NCBI RefSeq assembly: GCF_009914755.1 | Contig: NC_060933.1 | Length of the DNA: 64,000 nt | DNA from: the human T2T-CHM13v2.0 reference genome, Homo sapiens | Strand: one strand, 5' to 3' | Shown: positions 25,171 to 37,680 of the stretch, one piece after another | How the letters are laid out: each line of letters opens with the position of its first letter | Position numbering within the stretch: position 1 is the first letter of the stretch | Notes under the pieces: model-generated | Databases searched by the model: none | Told to the model about the DNA's origin: nothing | The model's input: only the letters and a program-made list of their open reading frames with translations | Program-made: the position numbers and the translations under genes

Positions 25171-26298
25171 GTGAGGAGGCTTTGAGGAGGCGGCTGCAAG
25201 GCGGGACGCAGGATAGCCGGCTGGGGCTTGGCAGCCGGGCTCAGAGCTCGGGCTGCGCACACACACAGGCGCGCACACCCGCGCGCGCGCAGCTACACAC
25301 GCACGCCCAGCCCTGCGCCCGCGGCCCCCGGCCAGTGGCGAGCGAAAAGTCGGGAGTCCTGAGGAGGGGTAGGGGTTCCAAGGATGCTGATGACAGAAAG
25401 AGTCAATCAATCCTCACTAGTTAGCGGATTGCCGGCAGGCAGTTCCTCGCCGCACGCCGTTAAGTCCGTTGGGCCACCTCTCCGTTCTCTGCCCTGTCTG
25501 GCATTTCAACTCCCTAGCTCTTTTCTTGAAGCCAGTTACACCCCCTCGACACCCAGCGAGAGGCCACCAGACTAAAGATGAGCCCCGTTCCCATCGCCAC
25601 CCTCCAGGGGCCACCTCCGCCCCTTCTGTAGTGGAGAATTGAAGTGGCTGCAGCAGCTCTCCTGGGAGCTGAGGGGCTCCCCGAGGTCCTTCGAATAGAG
25701 GAGCCTACACATCGCTTCGTGAACATAATCCCCTCGCATCCCGTCTTTACCTGCCCACTCCCTTCGTAACATTTCCCCCAAGGAGCTCCCGAAAGTCGCT
25801 TAGATGTTTTGAAAATGAATTTCTTAGGGAATTGTAGTGCCTAGCTTTTGGAACTGGGTTAATTTAGGTGCTACGCTTATATTGTAAACTGGACGGTAGC
25901 AGGTGAACGGCTCAGCTGGAGAAAGGGGAGGGATTAGGAGTCTGGAGACCCAACCCCTTTAGCAGCCATTTCCAAGGTTTTGCACCAGGAGTAGCTGTCC
26001 GGGTCTCTGGCTAGCTCCTGTCCCAACTTCTTTTTCTTCCCTCGACGGTCGGGAGGGATCACTGGGTGCTACACCGCTGGGGCGTCCCAGGCAGGAGAGA
26101 CTTCGCTCTCAGAAGCGCCCCCGTGTCATCCACAACTCCCACGAAAGGAGCTTCCCAAGAGGAGTTTGTTTTACCCGGAATGGGCTGCAGGAATTAATTG
26201 CTTACAGAGAGTAAACTTTTGCCCGTTGTTTTTTTGTTTTTTGTGCTTTTTTTAACCAAAGCTTGCATTTGTGCTCCGCGTAGTTTCTATTGCAACAG

Positions 26299-26727
26299 AG
26301 CGCTACTCTGCCTTTTCAACTGTGAGACAGAGGATTGCTGAGGATTTCTGCCCTCTGGGGCTTCGCGAATATCTATGGCTTCGGACCTGCTAGCGGAAAA
26401 CGCAAAGTTGCCCAGCTTGGAGATGGCACCAGGTTCCTTTGCTCTGGCGCTGGATGCTCCGCTCCGCCACCCACCGCCGCCGTCTCCATCGAGAATCTCC
26501 TCAAAATCAAGGGAGTTCTTGACTGTCCCTCTCCAAATTGGAAGGCGGTTGACTTTGCCGGGAACCGAGTTCCTGAGCGGCAAACGTGGAGTCGCAGAGC
26601 GCAGAAGTGAAGATTTAATACAAAAGATGAAACTTGTAGGATGACCTCTAGCAGCGCTACTCACAGCTCTGAAATCGATCCAGAGCATTCCACAGTGAGC
26701 GTTGCGGCTCCCAGGGGCTCCGGACCG
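26299..26727 (+). other. Candidate 5' UTR exon of a + strand gene containing an 89-codon ORF
   Basis: Long T-rich tract at 26217-26253, acceptor GCAACAG| at 26298 and donor CCG|GTAACT at 26727. Alternative donors are ACA|GTGAGC at 26694 and CGC|GTAAGG at 26932. Confidence 0.45.
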
Positions 26728-27163
26728 GTAACTTCAGGCGCAAGTCTGAATTTCAGGGATGAACCTGCTTTGGATTCTGTTTGAGCCGACTCAGTGCAGA
26801 GGCAGTGACAGGGGCTGTGGGTTTAGGGGTGATGGATCCATGAAGGCTGCCACTTGGAGCGAGCAGACAGTTGGCGATACCCTCCCACTAACTTGCTCCG
26901 CTGCTCCGGGCTGTTCACAGACAGACCCACGCGTAAGGATTTAGAGTGTGTATGTCCAACGCCCAGACTTAACTTCTGGTGCAATTAAGGGAAGAGCTTG
27001 AAGCTAACCCGCGCAGCTTGCCTGAAGAAGTGAATAATGAAATCGGTGATGAGGTGCTAAGGAATAAAAAGAGGCATTTTGTTTGCGTGTGTATTAGTTT
27101 GCCAGGATTGAGTTTTTAGGTTTGATGTCCTAAAATGTATCTTCGACAGTGACTCTTTTGCAG

Positions 27164-27203
27164 CCTTTCAAGAGGAGGATGTTCGGCAGTATTTTGGAAC
27201 CTG
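27164..27203 (+). other. Candidate 40 bp non-coding exon
   Basis: CTCTTTTGCAG|...CTG|GTATGA. Confidence 0.3.
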
Positions 27204-28229
27204 GTATGAATCTATACATTGTCTGCGTGCCGCAATATTTGATGCCTCTTCGAGTTCTAATTCTTATTCCTAATTAATAAATGACTGTTCCTGATAATGA
27301 AGTGGGAATAAGAATTATAATAAACTATTTCCAACAAAAGGCCATCTTTAACTTATGATTTCTGATTGTATAAGCCTATCAATTACCAATAAAATATTCT
27401 GCAGACTATTAGGCATGAATTGCAGAGCTGTAATGAAGAGACTCACTTGGTTCAAGAAAATTCAGAATTTAGAGCGACTCCTCTCCAAAAAGGTTGTGAC
27501 TTCAAATTCCTTTCTTGGTTGCTGTTGGTATGCAGGCCACTGTCTGCAACTGAAGTTTCTGTTTAAAGTAAACATAGGTTATTTACATATTCATTAACTT
27601 TAATACGTGAAGGGTGCCTTACAGTGGTAGGAAATGTTGTGGAAAGTCTTGTACCAGCCATGGCGAAGTCTTTTTACTTGCTTTGAGTTTTTGATGTATG
27701 CGATGTGTATGCAGTAGTGGTAATCCATAGCATAATATTCTTGACATTTAAGCACCCTCAAAAAAAATAATAAAAACCTGTAGATTTATGGATCCTGTTC
27801 AAAAAATGGAAGAGGATAAGGATCACCCTTTTCCCCCTCGCCTTTTACATTTTGCTTTTATGGGGGAAATTATTTAACAAACAAGGAGAGCAAACCTCAG
27901 GATCAGAGGATGTACCCCATTCCCGCTACCCTTAGGTCTATCTATGGAATTGAAAAGAAACTATTGAGACTCAAAGATACTGTCAGATCCAAGAATCTGA
28001 TTTCACCACCAAATTAAAATAACTACAGCATTATTCCAGTGTTGTCTATGTATTTATGTTTTCTGATAATTGAATTTGAAATATATGATATCTCTTCCAA
28101 TGGAAACATCTTGATCCTTTTCCCTCCTTAAGATCATTTCTCTACAAACTGCCATTTTCAGAACACCTTTTACTTCTCTAGAGCATAGCATTCAGTCTAT
28201 TGGTGTACTGTCTTTTCATAGATAAAAGC

Positions 28230-28610
28230 TATTCTTTCTTTACTGGTATGCCTTTGCTACTGTACTGTGAGCTCTGAGAGCACGGATCTTGTCATTTACA
28301 TTGTTGTTCCCCAGAATCTATACAGAATCTAGTACACAATAAAATAGATGTATATGATGATGATGATGATGATGAAAGCGACCATGTATTGAGTAATGAC
28401 TTAATGACTATGTAATGTGATTTATGTACATTATATCAGTTGATCCTGTTTACAACCTGCTTACCTAAATTTTATGTCCTCAAATTACAGGGAGATTGAG
28501 GCTTATGCAAATTTACCTAAGGTGACAAATCTATTTTGTCACAATTAAGTATGGAACCTACACAGTATCTTTCTGACTCTGAAGCCTGCACTATTCATCA
28601 TTTTGCTCTG
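28230..28610. mobile_element. L2 3' end, (ATG)n and a MIR fragment
   Basis: CTGTGAGCTCTGAGAGCACGGA (L2), ATG repeat at 28354-28374, and ACAGGGAGATTGAGGCTTA..ACCTAAGGTGAC (MIR). Confidence 0.6.
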
Positions 28611-28939
28611 TTCAAATAGCCAGGTCCCCACATTTTCAATTATTCAAGGCTAAAAGGAATTTATATGTTGTTAATGCTAAAAAGAGGCAAATTTAAAAAT
28701 GAGTTCCTTACCTCTCATGCAATCGAGTCAATATCTATTTGAGTATCAAAACACAGGACCAGTTTACTTCTCTTATTGGGTTAAAATAGGAGAGTGTCTT
28801 CTTGGCATTATTTTCATGGGAATGCCAAATGCTGAGTTATGGGTTTCCTTTCAGAGAGGGGAGTCAGGCCATTGGGAATTTTATGGATATAGAAAACTTT
28901 TTATTGTTTACTTCCATGTTGATACTCTTATGTAAAACA

Positions 28940-29107
28940 GAGGAGGCTATTATAAAATCTCAGTTGTGTAAGATGAATAAATTCTAGAGATCTATTGTAC
29001 AATAATGTGCCTATAATTAACCATACTGTATTATACACTTAAAAATGTATTAAGAGGACAGATCTCATGTTGGCTAATTGCCACAATTTTAAAACTAATA
29101 AAAATAA
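28940..29107 (+). mobile_element. L1MA/MB 3' terminal fragment
   Basis: AAGATGAATAAATTCTAGAGATCTATTGTACAA...TTAAGAGGACAGATCTCATGTT followed by an A-rich tail. Confidence 0.75.
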
Positions 29108-29691
29108 AAGCCTCAGAACACAGACAACACTGAATACAGAATGACATAGGAACATGCCATAGAAATGTGTTATAGTTGTCAATTTCAACAGCTCATATTA
29201 TAAAACATCTTTTATACCTTGGATCATTACAGTACAAATACAAAATATCCATATCATGGAAGATTAAGCTGCTATGTAAAATAATGAGGAAATTCTCCTT
29301 AATTGGTATAAAAAGGTCTCCATGATATTTTTAGGTGAAAATTGCAAGGTGAAGCAAGGTGTTGTCTCCAAAAATTAATAAAATTGGTTGGGGTCATGGT
29401 GTAAGTGGGCAGATGGTATCAAAGGTAGAGGTTAGACTTTTTATGTTCTTTTGATTTTGGAACCGTGTGTAAGTTTTACCTTATAAAATAAAAGAGTGCC
29501 TTTGAGGGGTTGCATGGAAAGAAAAGTATAACAGATGTATCTCCGCCTTTTACTTAAAAAAGATGTTTGTTGCTGTTGTTGTTGTTGTTTTTAAAAAGGG
29601 TAGGTGAAAGTTGTGAAATAACCTGGCCTGCAATACATTTGCTCATTTACTCCTGCCAGGGAGAGACCTTGAGGGAAAGAAGCAAAAAGGG

Positions 29692-30121
29692 GTTTCTTAG
29701 TTCAGACTACTGTAACAAAATACCACCGCATGGGTAGCTTAAATAGTAGGAATGTATTTCTCACAGTTCTGGAGTTCTGTGAGAAACATTTTTCACAGTT
29801 CTTGGAAGGCCAAGATTAAGATGCTAGCCAATTTGGTTCTTGGTGATGGCTCTTTTCCTAGCCTGCATACAGCTGCCTTCTAACTATGTCCTCACATGGC
29901 CTTTTCTCAGTGTGTGTTGGGGGGAAGAGAGAAAAAGAAACAGAGACATTTCAGCCACAGTTTATATAGCAACTAATCCTATCATGAAGGTCCCACTCAC
30001 ATGACCTGTCTAACCCTAATTACCTCCCAAAGGTCTCATCTCTACACACCACCACATTAGATGTTAGAGCTTCAGCACATGAATTTGGGGTGGGAAGAAG
30101 GTACAACGTTTAGTCCATAAC
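29692..30121 (-). mobile_element. MaLR LTR (MLT1A/B-like)
   Basis: CTACTGTAACAAAATACCAC...TCTCACAGTTCTGGA...TAATTACCTCCCAAAGG...CATGAATTTGGGG...CCATAACA. Confidence 0.85.
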
Positions 30122-30659
30122 AAGTGAGCAGGTCTAATCTCCTTGTCAATTCTACCTCCCCTGGGTAAATAGACTAATGGTATTTGCTAGAAGGAAGAGG
30201 GTTGTCTTTGGGCCCTTAGTAGGATATCTGACTAAGGATTACCTATAATAGATAGAACCAGAATTTATAAGGGATGGCTTCCTGGAAAATGGCATATAGT
30301 GTTTGCAGTGCTGGGGTATAAAATGGAGATGTTTTATAATTGAAGCATTACCAACTGTATGAGGAACCATGCACGCCTCACTTGGAGGCTTTATGTATTC
30401 TGGGCTAAAGAGATGTGGCTTTCACAGGAAAGAAAGACCTGCAGAGCCATTATTTTGAAACTTTTGATAAGCCTTTTGTTTGTACCTTTGAAATTATTTA
30501 GTTTAGGCTAATACTGCTTATGATCTCTGATTCATGTTAGTCTGATTTGAGAAATTCACTCTTAAGAAATAGCGTGAAAAATGGCTTAATTCAAAAAGTA
30601 AGCAACTTAAATGACACCTTTTAGGTACCAGAAATACTCTAGGAGAACTAGATTTATTT

Positions 30660-30830
30660 ATTCACTTAATCCTAACAACAAATCTAATAATAATTATCTT
30701 CATTGTATAGATGAAGAAACAGTCACAGAAAAGTCAAAAAGCCTTGCCAAGGTCACATAGCTGCTTAAGTGGTACAGTCAGGGTTTAAACCGTGGCTGTC
30801 TAACATTAGATCACAGCTTTTTAACCTACA
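30660..30830 (-). mobile_element. MIR SINE
   Basis: ATTGTATAGATGAAGAAACAG...TTGCCAAGGTCACATAGCT. Confidence 0.75.
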
Positions 30831-31021
30831 CCAGAAGGTTCTATATTAGCTATAAGGTCTGTTAGAACAGGGACTTGGCTTTACTGTTGATTACAGGCTC
30901 AACAGGCCAAAAACGGTACATGGATCCTGACTGGATAAAAACCATGGACAGTAGCGAGACAACTTAGTATACCTGTTTGCCACACACTGTGCTAATTGCG
31001 TTATGTATGTTACCTTGTTGA

Positions 31022-31322
<301 letters not shown>

Positions 31323-32494
31323 TTTTATTGAATTTTTAAAACAACTCCATGGCTTAGGCAATGTTATTATTACTCTGCTAATGATCAACATGAAGTTAAT
31401 TGTTTCCTCAAAGTCTCGCAGTGGTTCAGTACAGAAACAGAATCTCAACTCAGTACCATTATGCCACATTGCTTTTAACCTAAACTATTATTTTATACAA
31501 TAATATTATGTTGTAATTAAGTCTCTTGCTTACAATTCTGTCATTATTCTAGTGTTCAAAACACATGCTACAATGAAATAAACAGATCAAACATAGAGTC
31601 TGAATAAATATCTTTCAAAGCAGTGGAGTGTTTTGCTGAAGAAACTACTCAAGTGTCAGTGATTTACCACTTGTCATCCTCCTAATATAAGTGGGTGTCC
31701 TGGTGACTATTTCTGATATTTTTTTGACAAGGGAGGAAATCAGACAAGGTAGTGTGGTCAGGAAAAGAATCATAAATTTTCCTTTCTTTTTACAACAACT
31801 TTGGCCCATTTGATTTGTTACAAAGAAGTGGTGTTTGTTTTCTTCAACTGTCTCTCCATTTGTCAGTCAGTGGATTCATAAGCCATCCTATAAAATTTCA
31901 AAATGCCATTCTCTGTTGCACATTATAAAAATGAAACAACAATAGAAAGCTTTCACTTCTACCTTGGTTCAAATTTCCCTTTTCCTTAAATCTTAAACAT
32001 AAGGCAGTTCTTGCAATGGCAGTTGAAAGATGACACTGGAGCTGTCATCTAGGGGCCAGCTGCTGATGAACTCACATACCAGGACAAGGAGTTTAAAATT
32101 CACCTTGATGATAATGGGCAGTTTATAAGCAATTTATCTGCAAATTCATGCATCTCTGTGTTATGGTTAATCTGCAGTCTTTGGAGTTAGACCTCCTGGA
32201 TTTGAATTCTGGCTCTGAGACTTGCTAGGTCTAGGACAAGGGTGCTGTAGAAGCACATAGGAGGGCCCTCTGAATCATTTTAGGGAACATGGGAACAGGG
32301 AAAGATCAGACAGGGTAGTTCAGGGAATGCTACCCAGAGAAAAATATTCTAAGCAGAATTGCAAAGGAAGACTTGGCAGAAGCCTGAATATGCAAACAAA
32401 GAGGTCGAAAGCTGTGTAAAGTTTTCAAAAATGAGATAGGGACAGAGGGTAGGAGGAAGAGAAGAGACATCTGTCATTGTGGTAACTGCAGACA

Positions 32495-32873
32495 GATGTT
32501 TAAGCTAAAATTTAAGTAGTTACTAACTCCCAGTACCTAAGAATGTAACTATATTAAAAGAGCCTTTAAAGAGGTGATTAAGTAAAAAGGAAGCTATTAG
32601 GGTGAGTCTAAATCTAATGTGCCTGATGTCCTTATAAAAATAAGAAATTAGGACACAGAGAGAGACACCAGGGTTGCCTGTGCCCAAAGGGTGGGCCATG
32701 TGAAAAGGCAGCAAGAGGGCAGCCAAGTCAAGTAGAGAGAACTCGGGAGAAAACAACCCTGCTGACACTTTGAAATTAGACTTCTGGTCTCCTGAACTGT
32801 GAGAAAATAAATTTATGTTGCTAAATCAACCCACTCTGCAGTTCTTTGTTATGACAGCTCTAGCAAAACTAAG
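32495..32873 (+). mobile_element. MaLR LTR (MLT1A/B-like)
   Basis: CCCAGTACCTAAGAATGTAACT...CTGCTGACACTTTG...GAACTGTGAGAAAATAAATTT...CAGCTCTAGCAAAACTAA. Confidence 0.85.
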
Positions 32874-33468
32874 AAGGGAAAAGCAACTAATAGATGAGAT
32901 TGGAGAAGTCAGCTTGAAGCCTGGACATTAATAAGCTCATTCTCATAAGATCATGTCAGAGGAAGAAGAATGAAGAAGGAAAGGCAAGGCCAGTTAGCAA
33001 TTAAAGATATTCCCTGAACTAAGACAATGAGCATAGGTATGGAAAAAGAAAGAGACAAATCCAGAGAGATAAGACAGAAATAACATAATTTAGAGATGGA
33101 TTTCATGCGAGTAGCAGTGGTGTGGGAGAAGTATAGAACTGAAGGATAGTATCCTTTTACAAACAAGAAAAGAGGTAAAGGAGGGAAAATTTTTTGTTGT
33201 TATGTTTTTGCTGGTGGATAGTTAGATGATTTAATCAGAGTTGTGGTGACAAATACAAATGAACATATAAAATGCTCAAAACAAACATTAAATACCAATG
33301 TAGGAAAACAATATAACATGTGTCTTAAAGCTGTATGCAATTAGGTACAAATGCTTGTTTAACAAACTAGGCTTATAAACACGGAGAAATGGGATTCCCT
33401 AAACTGGAAGATGAAAAAAGAATTCCTGAAGGTTGGAGCTTGTTTTTTAAGAATGTAATATTTGAGAA

Positions 33469-33628
33469 TGTGAGGCTGAATGTACAGAGAGAGAAAATGA
33501 GTAAAATGAAACAAGATTTGTGAGGTTGAATGGAGAGAGAGAGAAAAAGAGTAAAATGAAGCAAGATTTGTGAGGTTGAATGGAGAGACAGAGAGAGAAA
33601 GTGAGTAAAATGAACCAAGATATTGTGG
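33469..33628. repeat. Minisatellite, ~50 bp unit x 3
   Basis: TGTGAGG(C/T)TGAATG..(AG)n..GAGTAAAATGAA(A/G/C)CAAGAT repeated three times. Confidence 0.9.
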
Positions 33629-35516
33629 GAGTATATAAAAGATATTTGTACACAGGAAGCAAAACAGGTTAGGCAAACAGATTAGTGGAAAAATATAGTT
33701 GGAAGTGGTTTCAAAACTAAATTTGAAAGAGATTGTAGAGTCTTGAATTCTGACATGCATGTGGGGTTTTAATTATCTTGATTATATTGGGGGTAGGATA
33801 CAGTTGTCAGTAAATTTGTGACTTACGCAATATAGCTGTTTATTTCTCTTGTAGGAAAGAAGTTTAGAGATGAGCAGCTTAGAGGTTATATTTTGTCATT
33901 CAAAGATTGTCCTATACTGTTGTTCTGCTACATGTGGCTTCCATTCCCAAGGTCATTTTATGATCCAAGAATTCAGCAGAAACACCAATCATCAAAAAGA
34001 ATAAGTTGAAAGAGAGTAAAAAGGCAACATCAAGAATGTCCCACACAATACTTCTGCCAACATATCTTCACCCAGATTTTAATCATCTGGCCACAGAACT
34101 GTAAGGCAGGCTGAGGAACTGTTCTCTGTTAGCTCTATGGCAATATTCCCAGCTGATAAGTGGAGATCTCTTATTGACAGCTAAAGAGAAAATGAATGTT
34201 CAAGATAAAGGCTATCCATACTCTGCTAATGGTTATTTTTGGTTTAAATTCCTCTTCTTGGAAGATTTATTTGTGTCTTATTATTGTCGTGTAGTTTCTC
34301 TGGATACTAAATATTTTTACTTTTTGTGTCCTTTTATTTCAAATTATAAACTGTTTTCTTCTCACTAAAACTTCATATTACCTAAATAGTACCAAATATT
34401 AATGTATAGGATATTTTGGTTTTGCATGCTTCTGGTTTTGCACACATGTAAATATAAAAATATATTTTATAATGTTTTCATGCATACAATATAATTAAAT
34501 GAACAATGTGACCTGAAGTCTAAAATAATGAAATCTTCATGTGACAATACCGTGTAGTCAGTATTAATACAAAGTAGAACAAAAGTAAACTTTTTTCACC
34601 TTGAGAATCTATAGCTTCCAAAATATTTTAACCAATAAAACATTTTGTAATTTCCTTTCACATATTCCTGCACTCAGACTTATCTCTTAATAAAATATAA
34701 TTCTGAAGAAATTGTTGCTAAAATTGTATTCAAAAGCCAGCAACATAACATAAAACATCAATGAAAAATTTCATTGTTAAATTGAATGTGATATAACATG
34801 CTTCAATCCTCTTCCAGTTGACATTGGGTTTTTGAAGCTTTTCAAACATCAAGAAGACAAAGTAGAGCTTCTGTTCCAAGAACTATACTTACGGTTAGAT
34901 GAATGTGTCTTTCTGAAAGAGTGCCAACTCACAAATGTTCTTAGTGGGGAGATAAAGCAATATCGTAGATAGATTCAGTTACTGACTGTGTTGAGTCAAG
35001 AAAGCAATGACCCACTTGTTCAAAACAGGAACTTTTTGAAAGAAAAAAAAGAGTACATGGTACAATTTTAGTTAATGCATTTTATTTATCTTTCTGGGAT
35101 ACAGGGTTTCTTGTGTGTTGTTATTATTTATTAATTTATTTAAATGGTACTAAATAGTTTCTGTTATATAAGCAATAGATACAAAGAGGGTAGTACTTGC
35201 TTGAATCTCCTACCCAAGTTGATCAACAATATCATACAGACCATTTCTTGTCCCTTGTTTCTCAATGGAGTTCAATTGTTGAATTGCAACGTAATCCACA
35301 AAGTCTTAAATAGTAGGTGACCTCATTAGCAATGAAATTATGATTTGCTCTTTCTTTCCTTCATCAAAATAATAATAGTAAGACAACTTGGCCCTTCTAA
35401 CAGTGCTCATATTATTTCCACCAAGAACTGGTTGTGGAATATAAGTGAGGAGGTTACTGGTTGACTAGGTGAAATATAGGACAGTCTAAATTATCCAGAA
35501 ATGAATTAGCTGTAAT

Positions 35517-35830
<314 letters not shown>

Positions 35831-35849
35831 AAATGTAACTATTTTTTAG

Positions 35850-36015
35850 AGCTCTTAAATTATATATATTTAAGGTATACAATACAATGTTTTGACATGC
35901 ATATACATAGTGAAATGATTACTGCCACCAAATAAAATAACATATTCATCTCCTTTTACATAGTTACCATATATAACTATGTAACTATGTAAGTATATAC
36001 CTGTCTGTGTGTGTA

Positions 36016-36055
<40 letters not shown>

Positions 36056-36290
36056 AAGTAACTATGTAAGAGGTGTGTGCATATATATGTATACACACAC
36101 ACACATATATATGAGCACTTGAAATCTCTCTTGGAAAACTACAGTGTTATCAAACAGGCTGGGGTAGGAGAGAGGGTAGAAGTAGGAGGGAGATGGGGAG
36201 ATGTTGGTCAAAGGATACAAAGGGTACAAAATTGCAGTTACGTAGGATGAAAAGACAGCTAATGTATAGCATGATGACCATATTAACCTT
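35850..36290 (-). mobile_element. L1MA 3' end with an inverted 5' segment and an internal (TG)/(TA) expansion
   Basis: Antisense 3' end at 35850-36140 and sense L1 3' UTR at 36145-36290. Confidence 0.7.
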
Positions 36291-36692
36291 AATTCTTAAG
36301 CAAGATTATATGGTACTTTGCTTCCCTGACAGGACAGAGAAGAGGATATTAGGCATATGCCATAAACAACATACTAATTTATAAGCTTGATCTAGGTAAT
36401 TTAGCACAATATCTTATCTTTTCATTATTGTACATTTTGCACACATACGGAAACACAAAATTTTATTAATATTAACAATTGGCTCATGACAGACCTCATC
36501 ATTGTTCTATGAATTGCCTATTTTTTAAAAAATATAATTAACTTTTTATAAGAATGTAACAAGCAACATAAACCCATGACTCATAATGAAAGTTGAGATC
36601 GTGAAAAAAATATATATCTAACCGTAAATCCTCTCATCCTTTAATTCACCTATCTTCCTTTCTTCTTCCAACATTTTTTAAATCCTGTGTTC

Positions 36693-36992
<300 letters not shown>

Positions 36993-37049
36993 TCATCATT
37001 TATTTCCTTTTTATATTGTTTTCCTATATCTGTATCTGTTCTAAAAGAT

Positions 37050-37680
37050 AATTTAGTTTTTTTATTTATTCATTGAATTTTACATGTATTGTTATATTAT
37101 CTATATGTAGAATGATAGTTCATTTTTTAAACTGCTCTCTTATGTGAATATTCATCTATTCTCCCATGATGGACATTTAGGTGACTTCCACATTTTTTAA
37201 CATTGTGAATAATTTGGTTATGAACATTTTTGCATATGTCCCCTGCTGTACATGTACAAATAGACCAGCTGGATCATAGAGGATATGCTTTTTCAACACT
37301 AGAAGGAAATTTTGAATTCCTTTTGAAAGTGTTTGTACAAATTTACATTTCTAGTAGCAATGTATAAAATAGCATGTGAATATACAACATCTCCATTATA
37401 AGTTTATTTTCAGATGTTTTTAATTTTGTAATCAAAAGGGTACAAAATGGTAACTTAATGTGGGATTTATGTATATGTTTGTGATCAGTTATGATTCTCA
37501 ACATCTGTATATGTTTGTTAGTCATTCTTATTCCCTTTTCTATGAAGTGCCTACATGTGATTCTTGCCCATTTTCTAGTGGGTTGTTTGTGTTTTTATTG
37601 ATTTGTAGGAGTTCTCTCTATATTCTTAGATCTGATTCTTTTTGTCAGTACAAATACAAAATCTTCTCACATGTAATTCA
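37050..37680 (-). mobile_element. Old L1 (L1ME-type) fragment
   Basis: GATGGACATTTAGGT..TTCCA and TTGCCCATTTTCTAGTGGGTTGTTTG..TTGTAGGAGTTCT. Confidence 0.75.

Larger units (their letters stand above)
23750..26950. promoter_or_regulatory. CpG island / probable bidirectional promoter
   Basis: Sharp rise in GC and CpG density in non-repeat sequence, with GC boxes (CCCCGCCC at ~23907, GGGCGG at ~25145). Outward-facing splice donors lie on both strands. Confidence 0.88.

Noticed and set aside
24740-25615. CTCF-like strings (TCACCATAGAGGCGC; CCTCCAGGGGCCAC)
   Set aside because: Spacing and core positions do not fit the consensus.
23775-25781. ORFs of 60-160 aa on both strands in the CpG island
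   Set aside because: Stop-codon scarcity in GC-rich DNA explains them, many lack an ATG start, and no domain is recognisable.
33359-33760. Three overlapping - strand ORFs rich in S/L/F
   Set aside because: They arise from the purine-rich minisatellite.
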